A stretch of 64,000 nt of DNA from positions 10,108,001 through 10,172,000 of the forward strand of contig CM075993.1 of assembly GCA_038087875.1 (NCBI GenBank), in the 5' to 3' direction. Origin of the DNA: Malacoraja senta. Its lineage: Eukaryota. Of this stretch, positions 49,486-60,521 are shown piece by piece. The stretch's first letter is position 1; every line of letters starts with the position of its first letter. The position numbers were made by a program, and so were the translations under genes. The notes below the pieces were generated by a model. The model searched no databases. It was given only the letters and a program-made list of their open reading frames with translations, and was not told the DNA's origin.

Positions 49486-50234
49486 CCCTCTAGTTTTAGT
49501 AGCATCTTGCTTTCCTCAACTGAATTCCAGGAAATGTTTTACAAAAAATAGCATTTCACCACATTTTGTACTTTTTTGGAGGAAGCCCAATGCATAATGA
49601 AGTGTTGGTGAGCATCGAAAAAAAACCATATACAGCACAGCAGAGGGCTCCTTCTTATTCTCCTCAAGTCTCTCCAGGTCTTTAGTTTAGAGATACAGTG
49701 CAGAAACAGGCCCTTCGGCCCATCGAGTCCACAACTACCAGCAATCCCCGCACATTAACACTACCCTACACACACCATGGACAATTTGACATTTATACCA
49801 AGCCAATTAACCAACAAACCTGTACGTCTTTCAACTTGGGAGAGTAAAACTTACCAAGTGAAATGTATTACACTAACACATAATTTCTCAGTTTGGACTA
49901 GTGAGCAGAAACCAAATGAGAATCAGATACTCAAGATCCACAAAAGGCAAATAAAAGTAAATGTTAAACTGTATTATTTTTCGCTAGAGATGCTGCCTGA
50001 CCCACAGAGTCTGGAATTGTACTCGGAATTTTAGACGAGGAAATTAAGTGGGACAGCAGGTTTAAATATGGTCAGAGGTTTACAGCATGGAAACAGGCCC
50101 TTTCTCCAGCACTGTGTCTAAAATGAAACCTGACGTTGGTTGCATTAACTAGAGGCAGTGAGAGGCTACAGGGCGGTGTGGTTTAGTGTGGGTTTATACG
50201 ACAGCAGAGTGCAAATTGTCTCAGGCTAAACAAG

Positions 50235-50445
50235 TATGTGTAGGAAGGAACTGCAGATGCTGGTTTAAACCGAAGATAGGCACAAAAAGCTGGAGTAACT
50301 CAGCGGGACAGGCAGCATCTCTGGAGAGAAGGAATGGGTGACGTTATGGGTTTGAAGACGGGTCTCAACCCGAAATGTCACCCATTCCTTCTCTCCAGAG
50401 ATGCTGCCTGTCCTGCTGAGTTACTCCTGCATTGTGTGTCTATCT
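50235..50445. mobile_element. Penelope-derived fold-back, subfamily A
   Basis: 14-bp degenerate TSD tcaggc.a.acaag at 50221-50234 and 50446-50459. Confidence 0.85.
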
Positions 50446-51032
50446 TCAGGCCAGACAAGGCTATGACAAGGCTCTCACGATTGATGGTGTAAGAGGAAGT
50501 CCTGTCCACAGCCAGATCCGGCACAAGCTACGATTAACTTGACAATCTTTCGTATGTGGAGAGCAAAAAAATGTCTCTCCACAACTTTTAACAGAAAGTC
50601 GCTGCATATTCTCCCAGCACAACAAATCTGACTCTGCATTTAAGAATTATTATTGAGGAAACATTTTCATAGCCGTAAGAACAAGCCGTTGGATTGATGG
50701 GATCAATGGAGTTCCGTCTAAGAGTTGCAGCACACAAATACCACAACTTCAGCTTACTACGAGATCAGTTTCAAAATCAATTGCTTGCAAGGAACCATGC
50801 AGCTTCCTCAACAGTACAAATACATGTTGGTTCCTTGAGCAATATTGCCCTGAGCATCTATCCATGTTCTCCGCTTGTGCTGTCTGACCCGCTGAGTTAC
50901 TCCAGTATTTTGTGCCTGTTTCTGTAAACCAGCATTTGCAGTTTCTTGTGTCCACAATTAATTCATGCCACCCAGAGCAGTTGGCACAGCAATAAAATTG
51001 GCCCCAGCTTCAGAATGGAAAGGCAACCAGAG

Positions 51033-51312
51033 ATTAGTTTAGTTTGGAGATACAGCACAGAAACAGGTCCTTCGGCCCAACGAGTCCACACCGACCAGCG
51101 ATCCCCGCACACTAACACTATCCTACACATGGGGCTATTTATAATTTTAATCAAAACCTATTAACCTATAAACCTGTACGTCTTTGGAGTGGGAAGAAAC
51201 CGGAGCACCCGGAGAAAACCCACGCAGGTCACAGGGAGAAGGTACAAACTCTGCACAGACAGCACCTGGGTCTCAGGCGCTGTGAGGCAGCAACTCTACC
51301 GCTATGTCACTG
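51033..51312 (-). mobile_element. HE1-type SINE
   Basis: Reverse-complement copy. Confidence 0.82.
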
Positions 51313-51636
51313 TTGAATATTAGCACGGCCTCCATAGGTGTGTGCAGCTAGTTGAACAGATACGTACGCGTCTCGTTGAACAGATGATCCATGCTCAATA
51401 TCCAGATACACAAATTGTCTCCTTGTAAATGACAAGCTGGTAGAGCCACCCAGATCCAGACACCCAGTCAATCCTGACCTTGGGTGCTGCCTGTATGGAG
51501 TATGCATGTTTTCCTGGTGACCATGTGGGTTTCCTCCGGGTGCCCCGGTTTCCACCCATATCCCCAAAACATGGTAGGTTGGTAAGTTAATTTGCGCTAA
51601 GTTGCTCAGTGTGTCCACAGATACACATGTATACAT

Positions 51637-52080
51637 GGGTGGCACAGTGACGCAGAGGTAGAGTTGCTGCCTTCCAGCGCCAGATACCCAGGATCGATCC
51701 TGACTACGGGTGCTGCCTGTATGGAGTTGTACGTTCTCCCCGTGACCTGCGTGGGTTTTCTCTGGGTGCTCCGGTTTCCTCCCACACTCCAAAGATGTCC
51801 AGGTTTGTAGGCTAATTGTAAATTTCCCCTAGAGTGTAGGATAGTGTATGGGGATCGCTGGTCAGCGCGGACTCTTAGCTCTTGGGGCTAAAGGAATCAA
51901 GGGATATGGGGGAAAAACAGGAACGGGGTACAGATTTTGGTGATCAGCCATGATCATATTGAATGGCGGTGCTGGCTCGAAGGGCCGAATGGCCTACTCC
52001 AGCACCTATTTACTATGTTTCCAGGACTCGGTGGGCCGAAGGGCCTGTTTCTGTACTGTACCTTTAAAGTAAAAGTCTAG
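51637..52080 (+). mobile_element. HE1-type SINE with a CR1 tail inserted at about 51875-52022
   Basis: SINE resumes at ggactcggtgggccgaaggg. Confidence 0.82.
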
Positions 52081-52714
52081 AGTACAGAATCAAAAGAGGA
52101 TTTTTATGGAAATGCAGGAAGAATAAAATGTAATTTGTGTAAAAAATGACTGCTCTGTGGTAGGAGCGGACTCAATGGGCCGAAGGGCCAGTTTCTGCTC
52201 TGTATCTCTATGACACTATGACCAATTATCCCCAGCAACCGAGAAGCTGCACGAGCCGATTGTCCCTGCATGTGAGGGTCCTTGGAAACATAGACCACTT
52301 CACACAACTCAGGAAGCACCACAGAATGAATGCAGATAACAGGGAGGAAATTCTCCAGAACAGTCATCGGCCGATCGAGGCACAGGGTACTTGACACACG
52401 AAACCTCAGAACCAACTCATGTGAGAAAATAAGGAATGGCTTATCTTCTTGGACCAAGATCGGACTTTTCAGTGACTTGGAAATTCCAAGATGGCGTTGG
52501 AATGTGGAACTCTGCGGCTGGTCCGTGGAGAGGGTCTATTGTACTCATGTGATTTGACAGAACAGCATGCAGCACACACATTTATTTGTATCTCTACACA
52601 TCTAACATTAAACAACGTAAACTAAACCTCATCTTCTACCAGGCAGCAGTCATTCCCTGCCCTCAGATTTACTTCTGTGACTCGGACTACACACACACAC
52701 AGACATCTGTGGTA

Positions 52715-52850
52715 AATACAACAAACACTGGCTCCACAAACTTCTCAAAATTCACTGGTCGGATGTGAACCAACGTCAGCGACCTTTCCCAGGCCAATAT
52801 CACCAACCGCATTGTTAGCATGCCTGACACCAAATACTCCACTGCAAACA
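52715..52850 (+). mobile_element. Old RTE-clade LINE remnant
   Basis: Translates (with a frameshift) to ..LHKLLKIHWSD..TNVSDLSQANI....IVSMPDT. Confidence 0.55.
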
Positions 52851-52887
52851 TATCCAACCTAGATATATTATTCACCACTGCCACAGA

Positions 52888-53270
52888 AAGGGTGGCACAG
52901 CGGTATGGTTGCTGCCTTACAGTGTTAGAGACCCAGGTTCGATCCTGACCACGAATGCTTGTCTGTACGGAGTTTGTACGATCTTCCCGTGACCTGCATG
53001 GGTTTTCTCAGAGATGGACAATAGACAATAGGTGCAGGAATAGGCCATTCAGCCCTTCAAGCCAGCAACGCCATTCACTGTGATCATGGCAGATCATCCA
53101 CAATCAGTTTCATCTCCGGTTTCCTCCCACACTCCACAGACTTACAGGTTTGTAGGTTAATTGGCTTGTTATAAGTGTAAATTGTCCCTAGTGTGTGCAG
53201 GATAGTGTTAATACGTGGAGATCACTGGTCGGTGGAGACTCGATGGGCCGAAGGGCCGGTTTCCGTGCTG
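52888..53270 (+). mobile_element. HE1-type SINE with an inverted CR1 tail inserted at about 53015-53108
   Basis: Collinear SINE halves. Confidence 0.82.
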
Positions 53271-53583
53271 CAAAACACTATGATTCCAAAAATTTAAACC
53301 AAGAATTATCTGCTGTCCCGCTTCATTTCCTCATCTGAAGCTTTTAAACGTCCAGTACAATTCCAGACTTTCAATGGAATGGGATGAGGTGTTAAATCAG
53401 CCCTCAATCTGCAGACAGGATTCTCAGTTTCAGCAGAGCCAGCGAGGTGTCACAACAGGCAGAGCTGCTGTCTCACAGTTCCAGCAGCCTGACCGTTCAA
53501 TCCTGACCTCTGGTGCTGTCTGTACGGAGTTTGCACGTACTCCCTTTCACCATGAGGAGAGGGCAGCACAGTGGTGCAGCCTT

Positions 53584-53832
53584 AAGGCCCTGTCCCACTT
53601 TCCCCGGGTTACTCAGGAATTATCCTGAGTTTTCCCCTTCAATCAAACTCAGAGAATTACGGAAATAGCCAGCCGTAGGTACTCGGGCTATTTTTTTTAA
53701 CTTGTGGACATTTTTCAACATGTTGAAAAAACGTCCCGACTTACCTGATGCCCTGAGTTCCTACGGCTGGCATTACGAGCCGCTACGAAATATCTACGGC
53801 CTCCTAAAGACTCGCTACCGACATTCTCCGAG
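53584..53832. mobile_element. Harbinger MITE left fragment
   Basis: tta-aggccctgtcccac start. Confidence 0.7.
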
Positions 53833-54175
53833 TCATATATGTTGATTATTGTATTTATTATTGTCCTTTACCTACCAAGGAGAATTTTTTTTACCTTAAT
53901 GTTATCCTTGTAATATCATTGCTGAGGTGACCCGTTGTCTTGTCAAACACATTTCATTGTACAGTTGACCCTGTGTTAACCTACATATGACAAAGAAAAA
54001 CTGAACTGAACTGAACTGAATCAAGGGGAAAACGCGGGAGAATTCGTGAATAACAGCACCAGAGACCCGGGTTTGATCCTGATCCTGCTGTCTGTAGAGT
54101 TTGGCCTTTTTCCCCGTGACCACGTGGGTTTTCTCCAGTTTCCTCCCACACTCCACAGATGTGCAGGCTTGTTGT

Positions 54176-54500
54176 AAAGTAAAGTCAAGTACATTTATTT
54201 ATATAGCACTTTTCAATCAATTTCAATCACAGAAGCCAAAGTGCTTTACAGAGAAAATTATCCATATAAATGAAAAAAAAGAGGTAGAAAAAAAAAAAAT
54301 GACACAACACACTATAAGAGATTCAACACGAACATCCCCCCACAGCAGAATCTACACTCTCCACTGTGAGGGAAAGGCACTAAAATGTCCAGTCCTCCTC
54401 CTCCTCCTAGTCCACCCAAGGTCGGGGCCAGTTTGAGGCCACCGCAGCCCGATGATTATAGGCCCACCCGCCGGGAAGCTGGAAAAACCGGCATCGTCCT
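54176..54500 (-). mobile_element. Short element with L2-type 3' tail, inserted in an HE1 SINE
   Basis: Tail similar to 8072-8140; HE1 SINE halves lie on both sides. Confidence 0.55.
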
Positions 54501-55595
54501 CTGTAAATTTATAAATTGTCCCTAGTGTGTAGAATAGTGCGAGTGTATGGGGTGATCACTGGTCGGCACGGACTTAATGGGCTGAAGGGCCTGTTTCCAT
54601 GCTGTATCTCTAAAGTCTAAAGACTTCCTCTGGGTGCTCTGGTTTCCTCCCACATCCCAAAGACATGCTGGGGGATTAATTGGCTACCAAGATGCCCTCG
54701 TGTGCAAGCGAGGGCTAGAATCTGGAAGGGAAGGAATGGAAATACAGGGAGAATTAGTGCAGGTGGAAAGGTTGATGGTCAGTGCAGACTTGATGGGCCG
54801 AAGGGCATGCTTTCATGCCGAGTGCCTCTACGACCGAGTCTATAAATACCAGTAAACACGTTTCAAAGATTTATCACCAACTGAAGCGAGGATAACACTA
54901 CACTTTTTAAGATTCATCGCTGCAAAGCCTTTCACAGCCCAACTTCGCCACTGTGAGAAAACCCTGGGAAAGTCTGTGAAGGACAATCCATCAATTACTA
55001 CAGCTCAGGGACAGCAGACTAATGCTTAGATGAAAAATATTATTTATTGCCTTGCTGAATTACAGATTGAAAGGCATCCTTGAAAGACATAGAAGATTGT
55101 GTACACAATCAGGACTAAACATTCCCGCTACTTAAAATAATGCAATCAACCGATCCATCAAAACCAAAGCTTCAGGGACTCGCCTTCAGTTACGCTCACA
55201 AAACTGAAGGGAAAAGGGGCAGCATATGTGAATTTGGTGAAGTATGTGAAAAATGCACGCCTGCGGTTAAAAAAAATCTAATCTACTCATTACATGCTGT
55301 TCACATTGGTCCTATTTGTGAGAATTCCAAGTCCAAGTCAGGTCAAGTCTATTCGCCACATACACATACGAGATGTGCAGTGAAATGAAAAGTGCAATGC
55401 TTGTGGATTGTGCAAAATAACTAAACAGAATGGAACAGAATCACATATTCACATATTACATATTTGTGGGAGGAAAGAAAAAGGAAAAATGGAGAGAGCT
55501 TGTGACAACATTTTAAGCTTCAGGCTGAAGAGACCCTGCAAGGCTTCAGTTCAGTTTATTGTCACGTCTACCATGGTACAGTGAAAAGCTTTTGT

Positions 55596-55824
55596 GCAGG
55601 AAGCAACTGCAGGTGCTGGTGCTGGTTTAAACCGAAGATAGACACAAAATGCTGGAGTAACTCAGCAGGACAGGCAGCATCTCTGGAGAAAAGGAATGGG
55701 TGACGTTTCGGGTCGAGACCCTTCTTCTGAAGAAACTGAAAAAGGAATAGGTGACGTCACATATTCCTTCTCCCCGGTGATGCTGCCTGTCCCACTGAGT
55801 TATTCCAGCATTTGTGTCTATCAA
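55596..55824. mobile_element. Penelope-derived fold-back, subfamily A
   Basis: 14-bp TSD tgaaaagcttttgt at 55582-55595 and 55825-55838. Confidence 0.85.
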
Positions 55825-56061
55825 TGAAAAGCTTTTGTTGCATGCTAACCAGTCAGCGGAGAGGCAATACCTGATTATAATCGAGCCATTTACAGTGTAT
55901 AGATACATGATCGTGCAGGGTAAAGCCAGTACAGTTCCATCAAAGTCCGAGGGTCACCAATGAGGTAGATAGTAGTTCGGGACTGCTCTTTAGTCGTGGT
56001 GGTAGACAAAAATGCTGGAGAAACTCAGCGGGTGAGGCAGCATCTATGGAGCGAAGGAATA

Positions 56062-56094
56062 GGTGACGTTTCGGGTCGAGACCCTTCCTCAGAT
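56062..56094 (-). ncRNA. Minimal hammerhead ribozyme motif (N7=G variant)
   Basis: Minus strand atCTGAGGAaGGGTctcgACCCGAAACGTCacc; weak stem I. Confidence 0.5.
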
Positions 56095-56841
56095 TCCTGG
56101 TGGCATCTGGTTCTATTAATCGACCACTCCCGGCTCCCAGCTCTCTGCTCCTTCACAGCAGTGAAGTGAACTTCAGGAGTACAGAGACACAAGGAACTAC
56201 AGATGCTGGTTTACCAATACAGACACCAAGTGCTGGAGTAACTCAGTAGATCAGGCAGCATTTCTGGGGAACGTGGATAGACAACATTTCAGGCCTGAGG
56301 AGTCCTGACCCAAAACGTTTCCTATCCATGTTCTCCAGAGATGCTGCCTGACCCACTGAGTTACCCCAGGCTGTTTTTCCAGAAGTACATTACTGGCTGC
56401 TAAATAGTTGATCCAGTTGCAGGCATTAATTTTATGGAAAATACTAGTTCTGGTTTATTTATTGATTTTAATATTAATAGTCACACTTCACACTACATCC
56501 TTTATTTGGTATGATGTTTGGTGCAACTATTGTGGGCTGAAGGGCCTGTTTTTGTGCTGTTCTATGTTCCACGTTTACCTGGATTAAATCCGTAGCGTCA
56601 GAGGGAGAGGGTGCAAACTCCAGACAGAGAGCATCGGAGGCAAGGATTGAACCCACGAGCTATGAGCCAACCACTCCACTTGCTGCACCACTGTGCCTTC
56701 AGTACATGACACCATTGCAATGCCTAAAACTTCCCTCGTTTAAACTTGGGCTACAGAGTGAAAATAATTTTCTAACTTCAAGTAATCCTTGAATTTCCTC
56801 TCTCTCCATCCCTCCCCTTCCCAGTTCTCCGACCAGTCTTA

Positions 56842-57338
56842 AGGGCCTGTCCCACCAGCATGCGGCAAGCGGGACCTAACGTGGTCGCTTGAGCCGTACG
56901 GCCTCGCGGGGCCGGTCCCACTTCGATCGCCGGAGCCGTATGGAGTTGTGCGGAGCTGGTCCCGACATCACGTGGGGCTCCGGAAAACTGACAGCGTTCA
57001 AAAATTCTGGGCGGCAACGGCCTGCCGGCCCGCTACCGCCTCGACGGCGTACGCACCGCCTCGACGGGCTTGCGCAGCGTCCCGACGCCGTACGCAGCGT
57101 CCCGACGCCGTACTTCACGCGCGAACTTCCCGCGGACTTCGCTCGAACTTCACGTCACTCACTCGACCTCCGCGCGGCCCCCGCTTACGGTTTGGTCGCG
57201 CTTGCCGCATGCAGTCGCATGCTCATGGGACAGGCCCTTTACGGGGATCACTCGACCTCCGTGCGACCCCCGCACGGCCCCCGCTTCCGGTTTGGTCACA
57301 CTTGCCGCATGCAGTCGCATGCTTGTGGGACAGGCCCT
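56842..57338. mobile_element. GC-rich PIF/Harbinger-type MITE with duplicated right end
   Basis: agggcctgtccca..tgggacaggccct; TTA at 56839-56841, 57239-57241 and 57339-57341. Confidence 0.85.
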
Positions 57339-57495
57339 TTACTGTCTCCAACTACATTTATTCTCTGTTTGCTTTGTTGTTATCTTCTCCCAGCTAACAA
57401 TGACATATTCGATATTTTCCTTGATCTCCATCCCCTTTGTCCTATTTTCACACCTTACACTTCCTTATCTATGTACCTCCATCTCCCCTGGCATC

Positions 57496-57529
57496 AGTCT
57501 GAAGAAGGGTCTCAACCCGAAACGTCACC
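57496..57529 (+). ncRNA. Minimal type I hammerhead ribozyme motif (Penelope-associated)
   Basis: gt-CTGAAGA-a-GGGT ctca ACCC-GAAA-CGT-C-ac: core boxes, 4-bp stem II, palindromic ACGT stem III, predicted cut after C57526. Confidence 0.7.
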
Positions 57530-58107
57530 CATTCCTTCTCCCAGTTTGTCGGAGCCCCGCGTGATGTCGGGACCAGCTCCGCACAACTCCATACGGCTCC
57601 GGCGATCGAAGTGGGACCGGCCCCGCGAGGCCGTACGGCTCAAGCGACCACGTTAGGTCGCTGCCTATTACTCCAGCATTTTTGCAGCAGATCTTGCTGC
57701 CTGAGTTACTCCAGCATTTTGTATCTATCTCCGGTTTAAGCCAGCATCTGCAGTTCCTTCTTACACAGAGTGAAAATAAAATTCTGCATGTCATTTATAA
57801 AATTCCAAAATGTTATTGATATATTGTTGAGGATAAACAAGATTTGAGGAATGCATTTAGTGCAAAAACGGCAATGTATGTGCACACTTAGCTGCTGTAA
57901 ATGTTAATTTACAATTTGAGAAGGTAAATCCTTTTTGCAAGGGAACTCCTGCCAACTCTCCTTATCAATGCTGAATCAAAAATACTGCTGTTTCTTCTTC
58001 GTACAACAATTTAAAGTGCAGTCTCTTACGCTGCTTTACATTCCTGCAGTCCTCGTTCCACTTTCAATATTTTGTCAATATATTCTGTCCTGGAATGCAA
58101 CAACTAT

Positions 58108-58284
58108 GTAGACACAAAGTGCTGGAGTAACTCAGCGGAACAGGCAGCATCTCTGGAGAGAAGGAATGGGTGACGTTTCGGGTCGAGTCCCTTCTTCAGA
58201 GTCTGATGGGTCTCAAGCCGAAACGTCCTTCTCTCCAGAGATGACCGTTGATTTAAACCAGCATCTGCAGTTCTTTCCTACACA
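58108..58284. mobile_element. Penelope-derived fold-back, subfamily A
   Basis: Inverted arms. Confidence 0.75.
58169..58200 (-). ncRNA. Minimal hammerhead ribozyme motif, sense to dapk2 pre-mRNA
   Basis: Minus strand tCTGAAGAaGGGactcgaCCCGAAACGTCacc. Confidence 0.55.
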
Positions 58285-58569
58285 TGCAGACTAGAAAGTA
58301 GAAGCTGCACTTCTGGAAAATAACTAGACCAAAGAGAATGAGAAACTCTCGCAGAAATAGCCAAGCTGATAACAGATTAAAAATGAGCAAAACTTGTCTG
58401 ATCTTGCTTAACTTCAAGAAAAATTCAGTGTAGGCCCTTTCTGACGCCCTTCCCGATCAGTTAGTATGGTTGTGTCTAATGTGTAGTGGAATAGTCACTG
58501 AACCGGACGCAAAATGAGAATTTCACTGTACTTGGGTGAATGCGGCTATGAAGCAACATTGAAGCATGG

Positions 58570-58690
58570 AGGTAGACAAAAGTGCTGGAGAAACTCAGCA
58601 GGTGCAGCAGCATCTATGGAGCGAAGGAAATAGATTCGCTCCATAGATGCTGCTGCACCCGCTGAGTTTCTCCAGCATTTTTGTCTACCT
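58570..58690. mobile_element. Penelope-derived fold-back, subfamily B
   Basis: Near-perfect palindrome of about 120 bp. Confidence 0.8.
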
Positions 58691-58957
58691 TCTCCAGAGA
58701 AGCTGCCTGACTTGCTGAGAAACTCCAGCATATGGCTAGGAGCAGGATTAGGCTATTCAGCACATCGAGTCTGCCTTTCAAAAACATCTGATCGATTTTC
58801 CCCTCTCAATCCCATTCTCCTGCCTTCTGCCGATAACCCTTGACGCCCTTCCTAAATCACGAAACTATCAATCTCCGCCTTCACCGCCCCAGTACTTTAC
58901 AAATGAAACCCAGTGTCTTTATTGTTAAACCACCATCTGCAGTCACTCATTTCTAAT

Positions 58958-59565
58958 TCATAGAGTCATAGAGTGATATAGTGAAGAAACATGCCCTTCA
59001 GCCCAACTTGCCCATACTGGCCAACATGTCCCAGCTACACTAGTCCCACCTGCCTGGGTTTGGTCCATATTCCTCCAAACCTGTCCTATCCATGTACCTG
59101 TTTAACTGTTTCTTAAACGTTGGGATAGTTCCAGCCACAACTTCCTCCTCTGGCAGCTTGTTCCATACACCCACCACCCTTTGTGTGAAAATGTTACCCC
59201 TCATATTCCTTTTAATTCTTTTCCCCTTCACCTTGAACCTAATTCCTCTGGTCCCCGATTCCCCTACTCTGGGTAGGAGACTCTGTGCATCTACACGATC
59301 TATTCCTCCCATGATTTTACACACCTCTATAAGATCACCCCTCATCCTCCTGCGCTCCAAGGAATAGAGACCCAGCCTACTCAACCTCTCCCTATAGCTC
59401 ACACCCTCTAGTCCTGGCAACATCCTCGTAAATCTTCTCTGAACCCTTTCAAGCTTGACAATATCTTTCCTATAACATGGTGCCCAGAACTGAACACAAT
59501 ACTCTAAATGCAGTCTTACCTACATCTTATACAACTGCAACATGGCCTCCCAACTTCTATACTCA
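58958..59565 (-). mobile_element. CR1 LINE 3' fragment
   Basis: MLPGLEGVSYRERLSRLGLYSLERRRMRGDLIEV. Confidence 0.9.
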
Positions 59566-59869
59566 AAAGAATTTTGGAAAAATAGTTTTCCAATTCCTAG
59601 TAAAATGTATTTCAGTTGGACAGTGTTGGTGAAAAATGTCAAGCAAGATCTGTACAGATTGCAAAAGTTGTGTCAGTGGACTTAAGTTACTTTTTCTGGA
59701 CTATATGTAGAGTAGCAGTAACTAAAGCTCAGGGACAAAGGCTGGGTGGCCTCCAAACCCCAGCCGCAGATGAACCAGCAGGAAACAACTTTAAGTTGAG
59801 ACAAAGCAGAAGGAAACTAATTTCTGTAGACATGGTACCAAATAAAAGCCAGCGTAGTTTACACACCAG

Positions 59870-59891
59870 AGGTCACACAGAGTTCAGGTCA
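59870..59891 (+). promoter_or_regulatory. DR5 retinoic acid response element (AGGTCA-cacag-AGTTCA) with an overlapping third half-site AGGTCA
   Basis: Exact RGKTCA-N5-RGKTCA match at 59870-59886, extra AGGTCA at 59886-59891. Lies in non-repetitive DNA about 90 bp from the exon donor. Confidence 0.55.
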
Positions 59892-59976
59892 ACACAATCT
59901 CTCACCAGGATGAATTTTAAGCATCTATTGAAGCTCATTAGGGAACGTACGCAATATTAGTCCATCACATTCCTAC

Positions 59977-60053
59977 CTTCCCAATTCTTCTCCTATTTCA
60001 TAAAACTCTTCCACCTTCTCCTGCTTAAAGGAAGCCATGCCAGATATCTTCAT
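59977..60053 (-). CDS. dapk2: First coding exon of a death-associated protein kinase (DAPK2-like), N-terminus of kinase domain up to the Gly-rich loop
   Basis: Minus strand reads ATG AAG ATA TCT GGC ATG GCT TCC TTT AAG CAG GAG AAG GTG GAA GAG TTT TAT GAA ATA GGA GAA GAA TTG GGA AG|gtagga = MKISGMASFKQEKVEEFYEIGEELG(S). This matches the DAPK family start as I recall it (human DAPK2 ..MEPFKQQKVEDFYDIGEELGSGQF). FKQxKVExFY is closer to DAPK2 than to DAPK1/3. The phase-2 GT donor falls inside the Ser codon of GEELGS. A second ATG (60038) has the better Kozak context. Confidence 0.88.
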
Positions 60054-60125
60054 TCGTCGCCAACCCCACAGACCATGGCACTCAAAGATGGTCACAGTCC
60101 ACTCTCAATGCGCAGCATCCAGCAT
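59977..60125 (-). other. dapk2: Full exon containing 5' UTR plus first coding segment of dapk2
   Basis: Acceptor ttttgttttcttgtttcgtag| (AG at 60127-60126) with a polypyrimidine tract; donor GTAGGA at 59976-59971. Implies an upstream non-coding exon. Confidence 0.7.
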
Positions 60126-60521
60126 CTACGAAACAAGAAAACAAAACTCAGACAACATTGCAGTTGGAGGGAGGGGAGAGAGCAGGGCGATTGTAAAATA
60201 CTTCAACTGTGCGACAAAGCGGGGTTGAATTCACGAGTAAAAAGGAAAAGTGCTGGAGGAACTCTGCAGGTCAGGCAGCATCTGTGGAAGGGATGGATAG
60301 GCCACCTTTCTGGTTTATTTTGATTTAATAAAAGTAAAAATTCTATAAAATTCATTACCACACCAATTGTTGGTGGGTGAACAAGAAAGAATGTGGCATA
60401 TGATAAAGAAAGTCATTTCATTGTTCCTACCACAGAATCTGCTGGGACTTCAGTCAGTTTGCTGTGATTCTCTAATACCCATTGTTGAAGGAGCTGCCAG
60501 AGGAGGTGGTTTTTGTTGTTG

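Larger units (their letters stand above)
56770..57767 (+). mobile_element. Penelope-like 3' fragment (stop codon region, 3' UTR, hammerhead arm), interrupted by a Harbinger MITE and a templated insertion
   Basis: tctaacttcaagtaa matches the ORF end at 13122-13137; arm at 57495-57767. Confidence 0.8.
1..59976 (-). other. dapk2: Probable large intron of dapk2 (next exon, GQFAIVKKC..., not found in window)
   Basis: Donor at 59976; no downstream kinase exon recognised in the non-repetitive segments. Continuity is uncertain across two assembly gaps. Confidence 0.55.

Noticed and set aside
56889..57656. 255-aa ORF
   Set aside because: Runs across a GC-rich MITE, a Penelope UTR and a templated insertion; no recognisable domain.
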